This document shows, piece by piece, positions 1 through 12,320 of a stretch of 64,000 nucleotides of DNA; the stretch's first letter is position 1, and every line of letters starts with the position of its first letter. The position numbers and the translations under genes are program-made. Source of the stretch: Eledone cirrhosa (taxonomy: Eukaryota); assembly GCA_964016885.1 (NCBI GenBank), contig OZ024743.1, positions 123,876,001-123,940,000 on the forward strand, in the 5' to 3' direction. The notes beneath the pieces are model-generated. The model ran no database searches, was not told the DNA's origin, and was given only the letters and a program-made list of their open reading frames with translations.

Positions 1-271
1 GTTTGTATAAATATTGTACATAGATCTATAGAATATGCATACCAACTCTAACACATATATATCCTAGAAACGATCGTAAAATGATGAATTTTTTTAATAT
101 AAGGAACTGTTTCTTTGTTTATTCATTATTTTATTAATTTATCTTGACTCTGTTTTCCGTTTATTTTTCACCGAAAGTAGTTTTTGAATGCATCCTCTCT
201 TTTCATGATATCCGGATTACATTGAGTTCTTCATACGGATTGGACACTACCGTAAACTTTTGGTAGATTTA

Positions 272-1529
<1,258 letters not shown>

Positions 1530-1623
1530 TAGTATTATATAGCAACCGAGTCGATTCTGTGCTGACAACTCATCAAAAGAGTCTGTGGTTCACCCTGTTA
1601 TCGGCAATAGCTTACCTCTACAT

Positions 1624-1843
1624 CAGGCATATCAAACTGAGGGTGCCCCGAGAGCCACATGGGTCACATATGTGTTGTCTGAGGGCCACACACGACAACT
1701 ATTTGCGCACATTACAACTATTTTATATTTTTATTTTATAGTACGAAGATAAAACATGCTCGCACTGTAAACATTTTTGTGCGGACCGCAGGTGTGCTTG
1801 TAAAGGACCGCATGCGGCCCGCAGGCCACATGGTACTTTGATC
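1624..1843. mobile_element. Degenerate hAT-type MITE
   Basis: Starts caggcatatcaaact and has a subterminal gcatgcggcccgc motif like the hAT MITE at 62511. TIR and TSD are degraded. Confidence 0.35.
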
Positions 1844-2029
1844 TGTTAAAAATAGAAGCTAGATATCTCCTACTCTCATAAATAGGTGAGGACACTAAAT
1901 AATGTAGTTCTGGATATTGTGCTTGAAAACAAAGAGAAGAAATGGTCACAGCCGCAACACTTGTGATTATAAGTACGCTTGATCAGGACTGAACTGGGAG
2001 TTAAACACCATCAATATTAAGTCTGAATG

Positions 2030-2031
<2 letters not shown>

Positions 2032-2124
<93 letters not shown>

Positions 2125-2240
2125 CACGCACACACACACACATACACACACATACACAGAGACACAGATACAAGCACACACACACACACACGCATATATA
2201 TATACATCCATATACACACATATATACATACATACATATA
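2032..2240. repeat. (CA)n microsatellite grading into (CATA)/(TA)
   Basis: Seen directly. Confidence 0.95.
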
Positions 2241-3460
2241 TGTGTGTAGATAAATATATATTCGGTGCACGTATAGACATATACACGTGTATCTATCAAC
2301 ACGGATTAGAAGAATGGGCTATCCAGTTTTGTTTTGTCTATTGTTTTCATATTTTTTATATATATTCATACTACTGAGATCTAGTGATCCATAACCAATT
2401 ATTCTATGAACATCTTCTTCCACTATACTAACTTTAGAGAACTTCCAGTTTGCTTGTAGCCTTTAGCAATATTCCACGTGATCTTAGTTGATTATTTCTA
2501 AAGAAATGTATTAGAAAAAGCATCAAACTTGCATTTTTTTCCTCCTACTTTTACTTTATATTGCAATTATATTTCTAGTGACAGCTGCATACCACAGATG
2601 AAGTGTTACAGCTAACAGGCTTTCACAGCAACCAAACACAACACTTCCATAATAAAGTCATAGTAATCATACCAGACGTACAGAAGCGTATTAGAATTCA
2701 TAATCATTTACAGAATACAAAAGGAATATAGATATAAATAGATCAAGCAATTATTTGTTTCCCTGCTGAGCTTATATTTCGTTGAATATTTACAGTTTGC
2801 AATATTACACAGATTTTTCATTATTTTTACCTCTGTTTAAATCAACTCATACACTGTTAATGTTGTGGTTGTTTTCCTGCGTTGTATGTCTCTGTGTGCA
2901 TGAAACTAATACTCCAAAAAGTCAAGAGAACTATCAACATTGACATTAAGACCTAAAGTCAGAAACATTACTTTCGTGATACGATGTTCTTTCAAACTAA
3001 GTCATCTCTTCAATACAATAGCATACATATTGCTATGCTTAAATTTGAACCGTAGTCATAAAGTGTTAATTTCTTCAATGTTTAATTCTAAGTTTATACG
3101 TTAAGCAAAACAGCATCCATTACTATAATTTCTTCTTGGTGCATACTGAAGATGATATAGAATATAGGAATTCCATTGTTAGACTGAGTTTAACCTAAAA
3201 CATACGTTCCACAATAGGGGCTTTGTCCTTTATATTTATCAAAGAAACTCCCTTGGTATAAGAAACGCAAATATTTGATAGCTTTATACATGAATTTATT
3301 AGAAACATTGATAAACAAATGCCTCCTATTGTTTCCTATAAAACCTCGATTGCTACACATGGCCTATACAGATCCAGCTACTAGATAACGTGGTCCATAA
3401 AATCAAAACAATTATTTGATACAGACTTATGAATTGAAACCTTATAACTTGACATTCTAA

Positions 3461-3650
3461 GGAGTTGGACTGGTAATACCGGTGGAGCGTCGGACAAAAT
3501 GCTTTGCGATATTTAGTTACGACTTAGTACGCTCTAAGTTCAAATGCCACTGAAGTCAACTTTGCCTTTCATCCTTCTGACATCGATAACGCAAAGTACC
3601 AATTACGTATAGGGGTCGATATAATTGACTTCCCCCTTCCCCCAAATTAC
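3461..3650 (+). mobile_element. tRNA-derived SINE, diverged copy
   Basis: Box-B-like gttcaaatgcc followed by gtcaactttgcctttcatcc...tcgataa...agtacc, shared with the other SINE copies. Confidence 0.75.
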
Positions 3651-3969
3651 TTATTTGAATGTCTTGAGATTGGTCTACAGTTAGTAATTACATTAGTATT
3701 GACTGGAATCGGTTGCTTTCTCATCGATTAGAAATCACCCTTTTAAAGATCTATAGTCAAAAGCCGGTGAAATACAATAGCAGCCAAATCTCACTCAAAG
3801 CAATCCTTATCGTCTTCAAAACGAATATATCAGATAACATTCAGATAATACTGCCAGAATAAAAGACAATTTAGTAACAGCAACAATGTCTTATGACCAT
3901 CGACCTGCTTTATCTTAGGTCTAAACATTATGATCTTCATCAGCTGCAAATTTATAATTTACAGCGGGT

Positions 3970-4560
3970 AAAAATCTACCCTGAACATCAACAGCTCTAT
4001 AATCTAGAACAGGCATGGGCAACCTTTTTCGAGAAGCGGGCCGCATGAGATATAGCTCATCATCAGGCGGGCCGCAAGCGCTAGTTTACATTCGTGTCCA
4101 CATTAAAAAAAGGGGCGGTAACTCAGGTTGTTTTGATTTGCTTCTTCAGAATTCGTACACGTTTTTTTCCTCGATCGTAAAAATGATAGAAAGATAAATT
4201 ACGACTGAAAAGTTGGGGTAAAAAAATCAGAAAGATTTCACTGAGGTCATTTAGGCGAGCCATTCAGAAAGCTTCGCGGGCCGCGGGTTACGCATGACTG
4301 ATCTAGAACCTCAATCCTAGTAGAAATGTCTAACTTTCTATGATGTAGAATTTAAAGCCTAGTAGAAATATCTAATAATCAAAAATCTATAACACAGATA
4401 GCCCCTAGTGGAAACATCTACTTCTTTAAAATCTATAACATCGACGTTAGTATAAATATCTAACATAGACTCTAGTACAAATATAACCCTAAATAATCTA
4501 TAACGTAGAAAAAATGTCTACGTCTCTAATACCTATAACGTAGACTCCGAGTAGAAATAT
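3970..4560 (+). repeat. Degenerate ~30-40 bp minisatellite (ctataacgtaga...ctagtagaaatatctaac), interrupted by a hAT MITE
   Basis: Recurrent tagaaatrtcta and ctataacrtaga motifs; same family at 12100-12320. Confidence 0.6.
4010..4300 (+). mobile_element. hAT MITE with perfect 8-bp TSD
   Basis: TIRs caggcatgggcaacc / ggttacgcatgactg. TSD ATCTAGAA at 4002-4009 and 4301-4308. Inverted sister copy at 62511-62818. Confidence 0.9.
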
Positions 4561-4942
4561 ATTTTTCACAATGGCCAATAATGTATGATAAAGATTTCTA
4601 ATTTAGTACTGCCAACAGAAGTAATGACATCCATTCTTAAATTAGAGTTGTTGTTTTGTTTTTTTCTTTTTGTTTGTTTGCTTTTTTTTTTGCTTTTTTT
4701 TTTTATTCAATAAATCCTTCTTGAAATTACATTTAATTTTACTCAACATTTGAAAATGGATACCTTCAAATGGTTCAGAAACGGCATTATATAACAGTAT
4801 GACCTGAGTCACATTATCTATTTCTGTCTCCCCCTTGAGTACAGAAAACCCCAGAAAATGATAAAATTCTCCACATACCAAGTTGCATTTGAATTGAATA
4901 TTCTTTGAAAACAAATGTTCGTATGACAGTCTGCGTTTAATG

Positions 4943-4944
<2 letters not shown>

Positions 4945-5013
<69 letters not shown>

Positions 5014-5032
5014 AATATATATATATATATAT
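4945..5032. repeat. (CA)n followed by (TA)n
   Basis: Seen directly. Confidence 0.95.
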
Positions 5033-5165
5033 ATTTTGATTTGCTAAGCTGTCTAAACGTATTGTTATTACTCTGGGGTACTATTCCCATTCGAGTGCTA
5101 AAGCTACATACCGAATTTGCATTCGTAAGCTTGGCCGCAAACTAAAGCTTCGTTAATGCTGTACT
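5033..5165 (-). mobile_element. Fragment of dispersed repeat (possible Helentron/DINE-like end)
   Basis: Reverse complement of ~38424-38550 (gcattaacgaagcttt...gaatgcaaattcgg...gtaataacaatacgtttagacagc). Confidence 0.6.
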
Positions 5166-5171
5166 AAAATT

Positions 5172-5214
<43 letters not shown>

Positions 5215-5520
5215 TTAAGTCGTTTGGAAGCCTCGACAATGCAGATGGGTAAATCTCCGGGTAACAAGATCCGGTGGTGCAGAGAGAGATGTGAGTGGGT
5301 GTGTGTTGAGATGCGTGGCGTGTATAAGGCTGTAACGTGTAGAGGAGTGAAGGAAAGAGCGTAAGGGATAAAAATAAAAATAACAACACGAGAAAGAGTT
5401 ACCTTGGGATAGATTTAATTGTCCCTATATATTTCGGATTCACATCCATCAACTGGGGTTTTTTCCGGGGGGGGGGGAGTTGTTTGTCGGAAAGGTGCGA
5501 AACGTGTCCTCCGCTGTTCG

Positions 5521-5569
<49 letters not shown>

Positions 5570-5722
5570 CAAAGGGATATTTAATAATTTGTTGGTAATT
5601 CAACAAATATATATATTTATAACAGATTCGAAGCACTCGACAAGTTTTCTGGAGTATAATATCAATGATAGTAATAAATGGAAACTATATTTATAAAAAC
5701 CATATTTATTCTATTATATATA

Positions 5723-6201
5723 GTAGCAGAAAAAGAACCCTTCGGGTGGTTTTCTGCTAGCAAGTGTAGTGTGTATATTGATATTATACGCAGGTATATA
5801 TACATGTAGATATGATACATCAAATAAAATCGTAATTGACAATATATAATACATAGAAATTGAACGAAGACTGCGTTACACTGTCTTATTTAATCAGTAA
5901 CGTAATCCATGATACATTAAAAAAGACGATATTATATATAAACTGCATTAGGAGAAAATAAGTGACAGAAAATTAGTATGTTTATTTAAGCGAGGGCCAA
6001 CCGGAAGTATTGACATTTCAGAAATTTTAAAGAAGTGAATCTTTAAATAAACAAAATATATTTAATCAACAGCCACGAAATTTAGTAGATAAATTATGTA
6101 ATATTCATTCATTATTTATTCAAAGTAATCCAACTTATTTTACAAACGGGATAAAAAAAATAAACCGTACGTAGTCCCGCAATCCTTTATTATAGTTTAG
6201 A
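5723..6201 (-). mobile_element. Non-autonomous Helitron inserted in a hammerhead motif
   Basis: Minus strand begins a|TCTAAACTATAATAAAGG at 6201 and ends ACCCGAAGGGT hairpin + CTAC|t (CTAG variant) at 5723. Removing it restores GAAA-tatatata-atagaata exactly as in the right arm; no TSD. Confidence 0.75.
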
Positions 6202-6360
6202 TTTCAAGGGTACCAAAACTTTGGTATGCTCTCATCAGATAAAATACAAAGCTTGTTTTATAAATATTGACATATCCAGGAATGAGACCTTAACGGTTCA
6301 AGTTAACTATCCAGATAAAACTCGAACCTGGATTTGTCAATATTTATAAAACAAGCTTTG

Positions 6361-6421
6361 TATTTTATCTGATGAGAGCGTACCAAAGTTTTGGTACCTT
6401 TGAAATATATATAATAGAATA
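6361..6421 (+). ncRNA. Minimal type I hammerhead ribozyme
   Basis: Stem I tattttat/atagaata; CTGATGA 6369-6375; stem II including gtaccaaa/tttggtac; GAAA 6402-6405; palindromic stem III tatata; UH = TA at 6412-6413. Confidence 0.8.
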
Positions 6422-6939
6422 AATATGATTTTATAAATATAGTTTCCATTTATTAATACCATTGATATATATATATATTCTTCAGAATGCAGAGTCGGGT
6501 TCGAGCTGTAACAGATCCTGCCTCGACGGAGAAACATATGTAATATGTTAATAAATTGTGGTTTGATGCATTACTGATTCCTCGTTATCTATAATAATAT
6601 ACTCTGCTCTGCGCGAGCATCGAATGCTCAACCGGCCTACCGTGTACTGACGCATTTACCTGCAACCCTAAAACAAATATATATATTGAATTCATTTGCC
6701 AAAATCTGGGGGTTTTCCCCTGTGAGTTACACATGTGCTTTTACAAAAGACTGTGTCATCCACAACACTGGCGCAGAACAAAATACCTGTTGATAACGTG
6801 ATATTCCTCGTTCGATCATTATACCAAAAGGTTATTGTTTTAAGCAGACAGTATTATTGATTTAGGTGTCGCAGAAACCCTGTACTGGATTTTACCATCA
6901 ATTCCAAGGGTCCAGATTTGTTATATATATATATATATA

Positions 6940-7552
6940 GTGGTAGAACACTGGAAGGTAATATCCGTAGTGGTAGAGCACTCAGTCCATGGGACGAGTT
7001 AGGTAGAAGTGGTTACACAACAGTAGTTCACCATACCGAGAACAATTGTTTCACCTTAGCGGATCCTCAGCTCGTAATGGACATGCTTATACGGAACAGG
7101 AAGGACAGCCGTATGAACGCGCATGCGACGAAAACCGTCACTTCACACAGGCAATACTAAAAAGCGTGCGAGAGGTGTAAGGGAGATAACTGCGAAAGTC
7201 CGAAAAGTTTCTAGTTGATAAGAAAATTAGGATGTTGTTGTGATTCAATCCGGAGCTTTGTAGTTATGTAAGAGATGTTTCGAGACGTGTGGACAACGTG
7301 TGAAGAATTCATTTCTCGGGTTTAGGCAATCATTATTGCATAATCTCTTTAGAATATTTATTCGTTCATCAATACATAGTCCACACGACGGATTTCCCCT
7401 TGCGTATGGCTTGGACTTAGTGACGACTTTCCATTGAATGGAGTAGTCTATACTTGAGTCCTTGAGGGACCATACGTGGCTCGCGAGTTTCGTGGATGAA
7501 CGTCTGTCTGGGTACCTAAAGGTCGACTGGTGGTTCAGGAAGCGTTCCTTAA

Positions 7553-7560
<8 letters not shown>
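6940..7560 (-). mobile_element. Penelope-like element, 3' fragment (GIY-YIG C-terminal half + pLTR)
   Basis: Minus strand from ~7559 reads NTFKERFLNHQSTFRYPDRRSSTKLASHVWSLKDSSIDYSIQWKVV...CGLCIDERINIL...CPHVSKHLL, matching the endonuclease tails of ORFs 8238 and 35863. Confidence 0.88.
7031..7080 (-). ncRNA. Minimal type I hammerhead ribozyme (PLE pLTR)
   Basis: Reverse complement of the motif at 7846-7895. Confidence 0.8.
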
Positions 7561-8061
<501 letters not shown>

Positions 8062-8188
8062 CTATATATATCGAGTGCTTTGCTAACTCATGATTTCATA
8101 TAAGTAGGCCGAATTTTCTTGCAAACAGCCAGAGATTCGATTTTACTAAATATCCAATTATATTATTCTTTATAGATTTAATAATTAA

Positions 8189-8468
8189 CTAATTAATTTT
8201 CTTTTTCACTTGAGTTATTACTCTGTCAAGTATATGTTTGCTAATTTTTCCTATGTCTGATTTAGAAGGGCATATAAGTCTAATCTTAAGGTTAGAGTCA
8301 AAATTTACCTTATGGTCCTTCAGGTTTAAGGTGGGGGTAGCGGGTATAATCGGTTCGGTTCTATCGTCTAACTTGAGATTCTTCACCACTTTGTATGCCT
8401 CGTTGTTAATATTTGCTAGCGTAGTTTCATTTGTTTTTCTATATTTTTTGTGTAGTTCGTTGCGGATG
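8189..8468 (-). pseudogene. Inverted 5' segment of a PLE (pre-RT/RT N-terminal region)
   Basis: NINNEAYKVVKNLKLDDRTEP...LKDHKVNFDSNLKIRLICPSKSDIGKISKHILDR aligns with EINDAGFKITSDLNILDRTEP...LKAHKSNFPNNPSIRLINPTKSDLGRLSKTILDR of ORF 37285-37665. Confidence 0.85.
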
Positions 8469-9568
8469 AATGAGAACCTTACGTATATTAACTGTAACTC
8501 AAACCACCCACTCTCCATGATCAAATCGGTTCCCCGGAGTATTTCTCTTAGAATCTCTCGCCTATCGTCTAACTCTGATATTTTTAGTGAACACGCTGAA
8601 TACTATAATAATGCATTAAGGAATGCCGACCACCGGGATACAATAGAATACATTGATAGGAATCTCCATAACACACATAGCTCTACACGAAATCAAGGAA
8701 TACGTAACCGGGGGACTAAAATACAAGCGCACACACACAGTACCACCAGACATACTAATAATAGAAAATCACCACCAAATAAATCACGTTGTAGAAAGTA
8801 TATCTGGTATAATCCTATTTTTAATGCCTCGATTAGTACAAAACTATCTCTTTCATTCTTTAAGTTAATCAACAAACATTTCCCTAGTTCCCATAAATAC
8901 AGCAAAATTCTGAACTCTAAAACTATTAGACTATCATACTCCACGGCACCAAACCTTGAAAGATACATAAAAAAACTTAACTTAAAGCAATTAAACAACA
9001 CTACAAAACAAAATATTTTAGTAACAGATGGGCAGAACGTAATATCTGCCTCCCAACCACTAAATGGGAGACGGGTATTACACAATCCACCTGTACTGCT
9101 ATCACAACCTATCCATGGTATACCCGCTACCCACAACAAAGAATGTAACTGCCATCTACCTGAAAGATGTCCATTGAAGAATGAATGCCTAAAGTCCAAC
9201 ATTGTTTACCAATGCACGGTTGAATCGAACGACCGGAAATGGTATTATATCGGATCTACCACCACCTCGTTTAAATCTCGCTGGTACCGTCATCGATTCT
9301 CAATCAAACATCCTAATCACCGTTTTGTGACCACGCTCGCCAACAAGACCTGGCAACTCCGTGAACGGAACCAACAGTTCACCTTAAAATGGATATACTT
9401 TCCAGCGCAAGTGCATATCGGAGTGGATTGAAGTACTGTAGGTTATGTAACCTTGAACTCTTTTACATATTAAAATCCAAAAACAAACTACTTAACGATA
9501 GAATTGAACGATCATTATACTGCAACCACAAACTAAAAGCTAAATTCTCTCACTATAAAATAACTTAA
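8469..9568 (+). pseudogene. PLE RT thumb + GIY-YIG endonuclease, frameshifted near 9393
   Basis: YINCNSNHP, IWYNP, SYSTAPNL, CNCHLPERCPLKNEC, IVYQC...YYIGSTTTSFKSR. After the shift it reads CRLCNLELFYIL...LLNDR...CNHK to TAA 9566-9568. Confidence 0.88.
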
Positions 9569-10071
9569 CATTCGAACCCGTAACTATAACATCGCTTTCT
9601 AGCTAACCACCTTCTCTTCCCCCACACTACAAGACAATACCCTGCTTATCACTATAAATGGTAACTCAGTGCAATTCGCAGATTACTACTACGAACCCAA
9701 AGTTCACTCACCACATAGACTTCGTCTGTCCCCTCTCTATCTCTCTCTCTCTCTCTCTACATTCATTACACTCTCTCTCTCTCTCTCGCCTTTGGTCTAC
9801 CTCCCTCCCTCTCCACATCTATGAACCTGCCCTCTGGGGCAATAAATAATTCCGACTTTAACTATCAACGCATCTCTCCAAAAGTAACCAGTATAATAAA
9901 ACCCCTACCATAATATTTTGATTAAGATATCTACAAACCATTCTCTCCTATTTCTCCAACCCCTGCATATCTTTCTCTCTCTCTCCCTCTCCCCTACTTT
10001 TCTCTCTTCCTTTTCTACTCTATCTTCTCCAACAACCCCACTTAAGGGTATTTACATTGTACATTTTAACC

Positions 10072-10195
10072 ATTCTGCTCTGATGATACAGTGGTCACAG
10101 CATTGGATATTTGAGTTCTGCAAATAGTTGTAAATTTGCACATAGCATAACTAGGCTGTAGTACCACCGTGGAAACATTTGTAAGCGCGCGGAAT
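10072..10195 (+). ncRNA. Type I hammerhead ribozyme with long branched stem II
   Basis: attctgct-CTGATGA(10080-10086); stem II tacagtggt/accaccgtg and acagc/gctgt; inner hairpin tgcaaat/atttgca; GAAA 10172-10175; catttGTA with predicted cut after 10183; agc..ggaat closes stem I. Confidence 0.72.
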
Positions 10196-10379
10196 AAATT
10201 ACCTTTGTATGATGTCTACCTGTTATTATTCATTCTTTATATACACTCCGGAATACAGAAGGACCAGGAACTAAGTTTCTTCAACAATTCTTCTATAACT
10301 CGTAGAGTAACCTCTCACCGTACGTCAACCATATCCAGTGTAGTAATTAACCTTTACTACATCTAGGATAATCCTATAC

Positions 10380-10413
<34 letters not shown>

Positions 10414-10939
10414 ATCAAACTTGGAATATATACTTGACGTATAAGATTTGTCACTTTTAAACTTCCTCAGATTGTCTCGGAAGAAAATATTTTTGATTAC
10501 AAATAATTCTAAAACTATCTCAAATCGACTATAAAGGTTACTTGGACATGTCTCCTTCGAGACCACCAAATTTCAACAGAAAATAAAAGGTGATGAAACT
10601 CTTCTTTATTTGTTTTTTTTTTTTAAGGGGGAGGGGTCACAACTGTTTGAATACTCTGTTATTGAGAAAATTAATTTTGATTTTTTTTAAATTCCTGTAA
10701 TGACATTTTTCAAACGATTACTGATGGGTTTTTTAAACTAACATTTAACGACGTATCATGCAATGTACTGCCAATACATTCGGCACTGATTTTGTTAAGA
10801 ATTCAATCAATCCATCATCGACGGAATTGCACCAGTTGCAACTGTGGCAATTGCAAGTGAAATCTTTTTTCTTTAAAAAAAATAATTACAAGAAATATCG
10901 ACTCTCCTTTAGTATTTGCTACCAAATGTCTGACAAATA

Positions 10940-11028
10940 TTGTGTCGTCAAGTATGAAATTTGTAAAAATTTGTAGAAATTTGTGTTTTTTTCTACAAAA
11001 TCTACAAATTTCACACTTGACTACCCAA
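10940..11028. mobile_element. Tiny Tc1/mariner-type MITE
   Basis: TIRs ttgtgtcgtcaagtatgaaatttgta / tacaaatttcacacttgactacccaa flanked by TA; sister copy at 28009-28084. Confidence 0.8.
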
Positions 11029-11088
11029 TAATAACTCGTGAGATATTTTCACGTTATTTTTAAGCCAATCATAGTTTATTATTTGTCA

Positions 11089-12077
11089 GTGATTCGTAAG
11101 GTGGACTCTACTACCCTCTTGGAGATTCTCGAAAACTCAAGAGTGACATTGGAATACAAAGACGGGATAGGAGCATCGGAATGCAAATGGGGAGATAAAT
11201 GAAAGGGATAAAAACAGAAATCAGATGTTGCTCGTAAAACTGTATTAAATAATATCATAAAAATAAATAATAACACGTCTGTCATTGTATATTTTTCATA
11301 GATATAACTATGGAAAAGGCAAAGAAGAAATTCTGTAGTACAGTTCCGAATATATAAAATGTGGTTGTATTTCTTCAACGAAAACAAGCTATTATGAAAA
11401 TGTATTTTCCAATGAATCTATAAAAAGATCAAGAATGGAAGAAAACATTACGTAGTAAAGCCTCGTTTACAGGTAGAATGTATTCGTCGTTTTATTGCTC
11501 AAATAATATTTATTGATTAAGTCAATTTCTTGATTTAACAACAGCTGATAGGATAAATTCTTTGCCAATAGTAAATGTCTTTCTTGATAATCAGTAATGA
11601 TGAGGCACATAACCCATCATTTTCTTGCATTGGTGCGGATAAAAACATGCTTGACGATGTCAGCTTTTTGAAAAATGAGTCTTGATGTGATTTAAAATAA
11701 AATAAATCTTTAATTGCCTTGTCAGCATAATTTTTTCTTCCAGTTTTGATGTTTTTATAGATTCATTGGAAAATACATTTTGATAATAGCTTGTTTTCGC
11801 TGAAGAAATACAACCATATTTTATATATTCGGAACTGTACTACAGAAATTTCTTCTTTGCTTTTCCATAGTTATATCTATGAAAAATATACAATGACAGA
11901 TGTGTTATTATTTATTTTTATGATATTATTTAATACAGGTCACAGTTTTACGAGCAACATCTGATTTCTGTTTATGCCACCATTTGCATTCCGATGCTCC
12001 TATCCTTGTCTTCCAATGCCACTCTTGAGTTTTCGAGAATCTCCAAGGGAGTAGTAGAATCCATACTAACGAATCAC
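11089..12077. mobile_element. Fold-back of a decayed hAT (Buster/Charlie-like) transposon 5' region
   Basis: Arms ~11089-11452 and ~11727-12077 are inverted copies; each contains the transposase start (ATG at 11310 on +, 11868 on -). Confidence 0.8.
11470..11868 (-). pseudogene. hAT Buster/Charlie-family (ZBED5/SCAND3-like) transposase N-terminal remnant
   Basis: Frame-broken MEKAKKK..YSSEYIK.GCIS..VFSNESIKTSKLEE..ADKAIKDLFYF..ENDGLCAS..TFTIGKEFILSAV..LSN. This resembles the family motifs QYS.EYLK.GF, FSNEAMKPSKL, PHTIGEELILPA and LSNNT, as recalled. Confidence 0.72.
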
Positions 12078-12099
12078 ATTTATAAACTAAATAGAAATA

Positions 12100-12320
12100 T
12101 TTAATCTTTCATAATCTAGGACCTAAAGACACTCGTTGAAGTAGCTTACCTTCTATAGCGTAGACACTAAAAAAAATATCTAACACTCTGCAAATATATA
12201 ACCTGTTATAATCTATAACGTAGAACCTAACAGAAATATCTAACCCTCTATAACGTGAACCTTGCAGAAATGTCTAACCCTCTATAACATAGATCCTTGT
12301 AGAAATGTACAAAACCTTCT
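12100..12320 (+). repeat. Degenerate minisatellite, same family as 3970-4560
   Basis: Repeated ctataacgtagaacc..agaaatrtctaaccct units. Confidence 0.6.

Larger units (their letters stand above)
5660..6466. mobile_element. Non-coding hammerhead-bearing element in inverted (fold-back) arrangement, probably PLE pseudo-LTR derived
   Basis: Left arm (5660-5722 plus 6202-6280) is the reverse complement of right arm 6327-6466. Each arm carries a hammerhead motif; (TA)n tracts lie nearby. Confidence 0.7.
8189..10382 (+). mobile_element. Penelope-like element, 5'-truncated with 5' inversion, 3' UTR/pLTR ending in (TA)n
   Basis: The two coding segments above, a pyrimidine-rich 3' region, a hammerhead at 10072-10195, AATAAA at 10193 and (TA)n at 10383. 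Confidence 0.82.

Noticed and set aside
2420-3200. Minus-strand host exons suggested by tttag acceptors and a gtaaaa donor
   Set aside because: The candidate internal exons contain stops in every frame and give no recognisable protein.
5476-5513. ggag...gaaacgtgtc-ctcc hammerhead-like 3' half
   Set aside because: CUGANGA core is absent (ttgtttg); at most a decayed relic.
8693-9202. 169-aa minus ORF (also 36839-37225 + and 24402-24866 +)
   Set aside because: Antisense shadows of retroelement ORFs.
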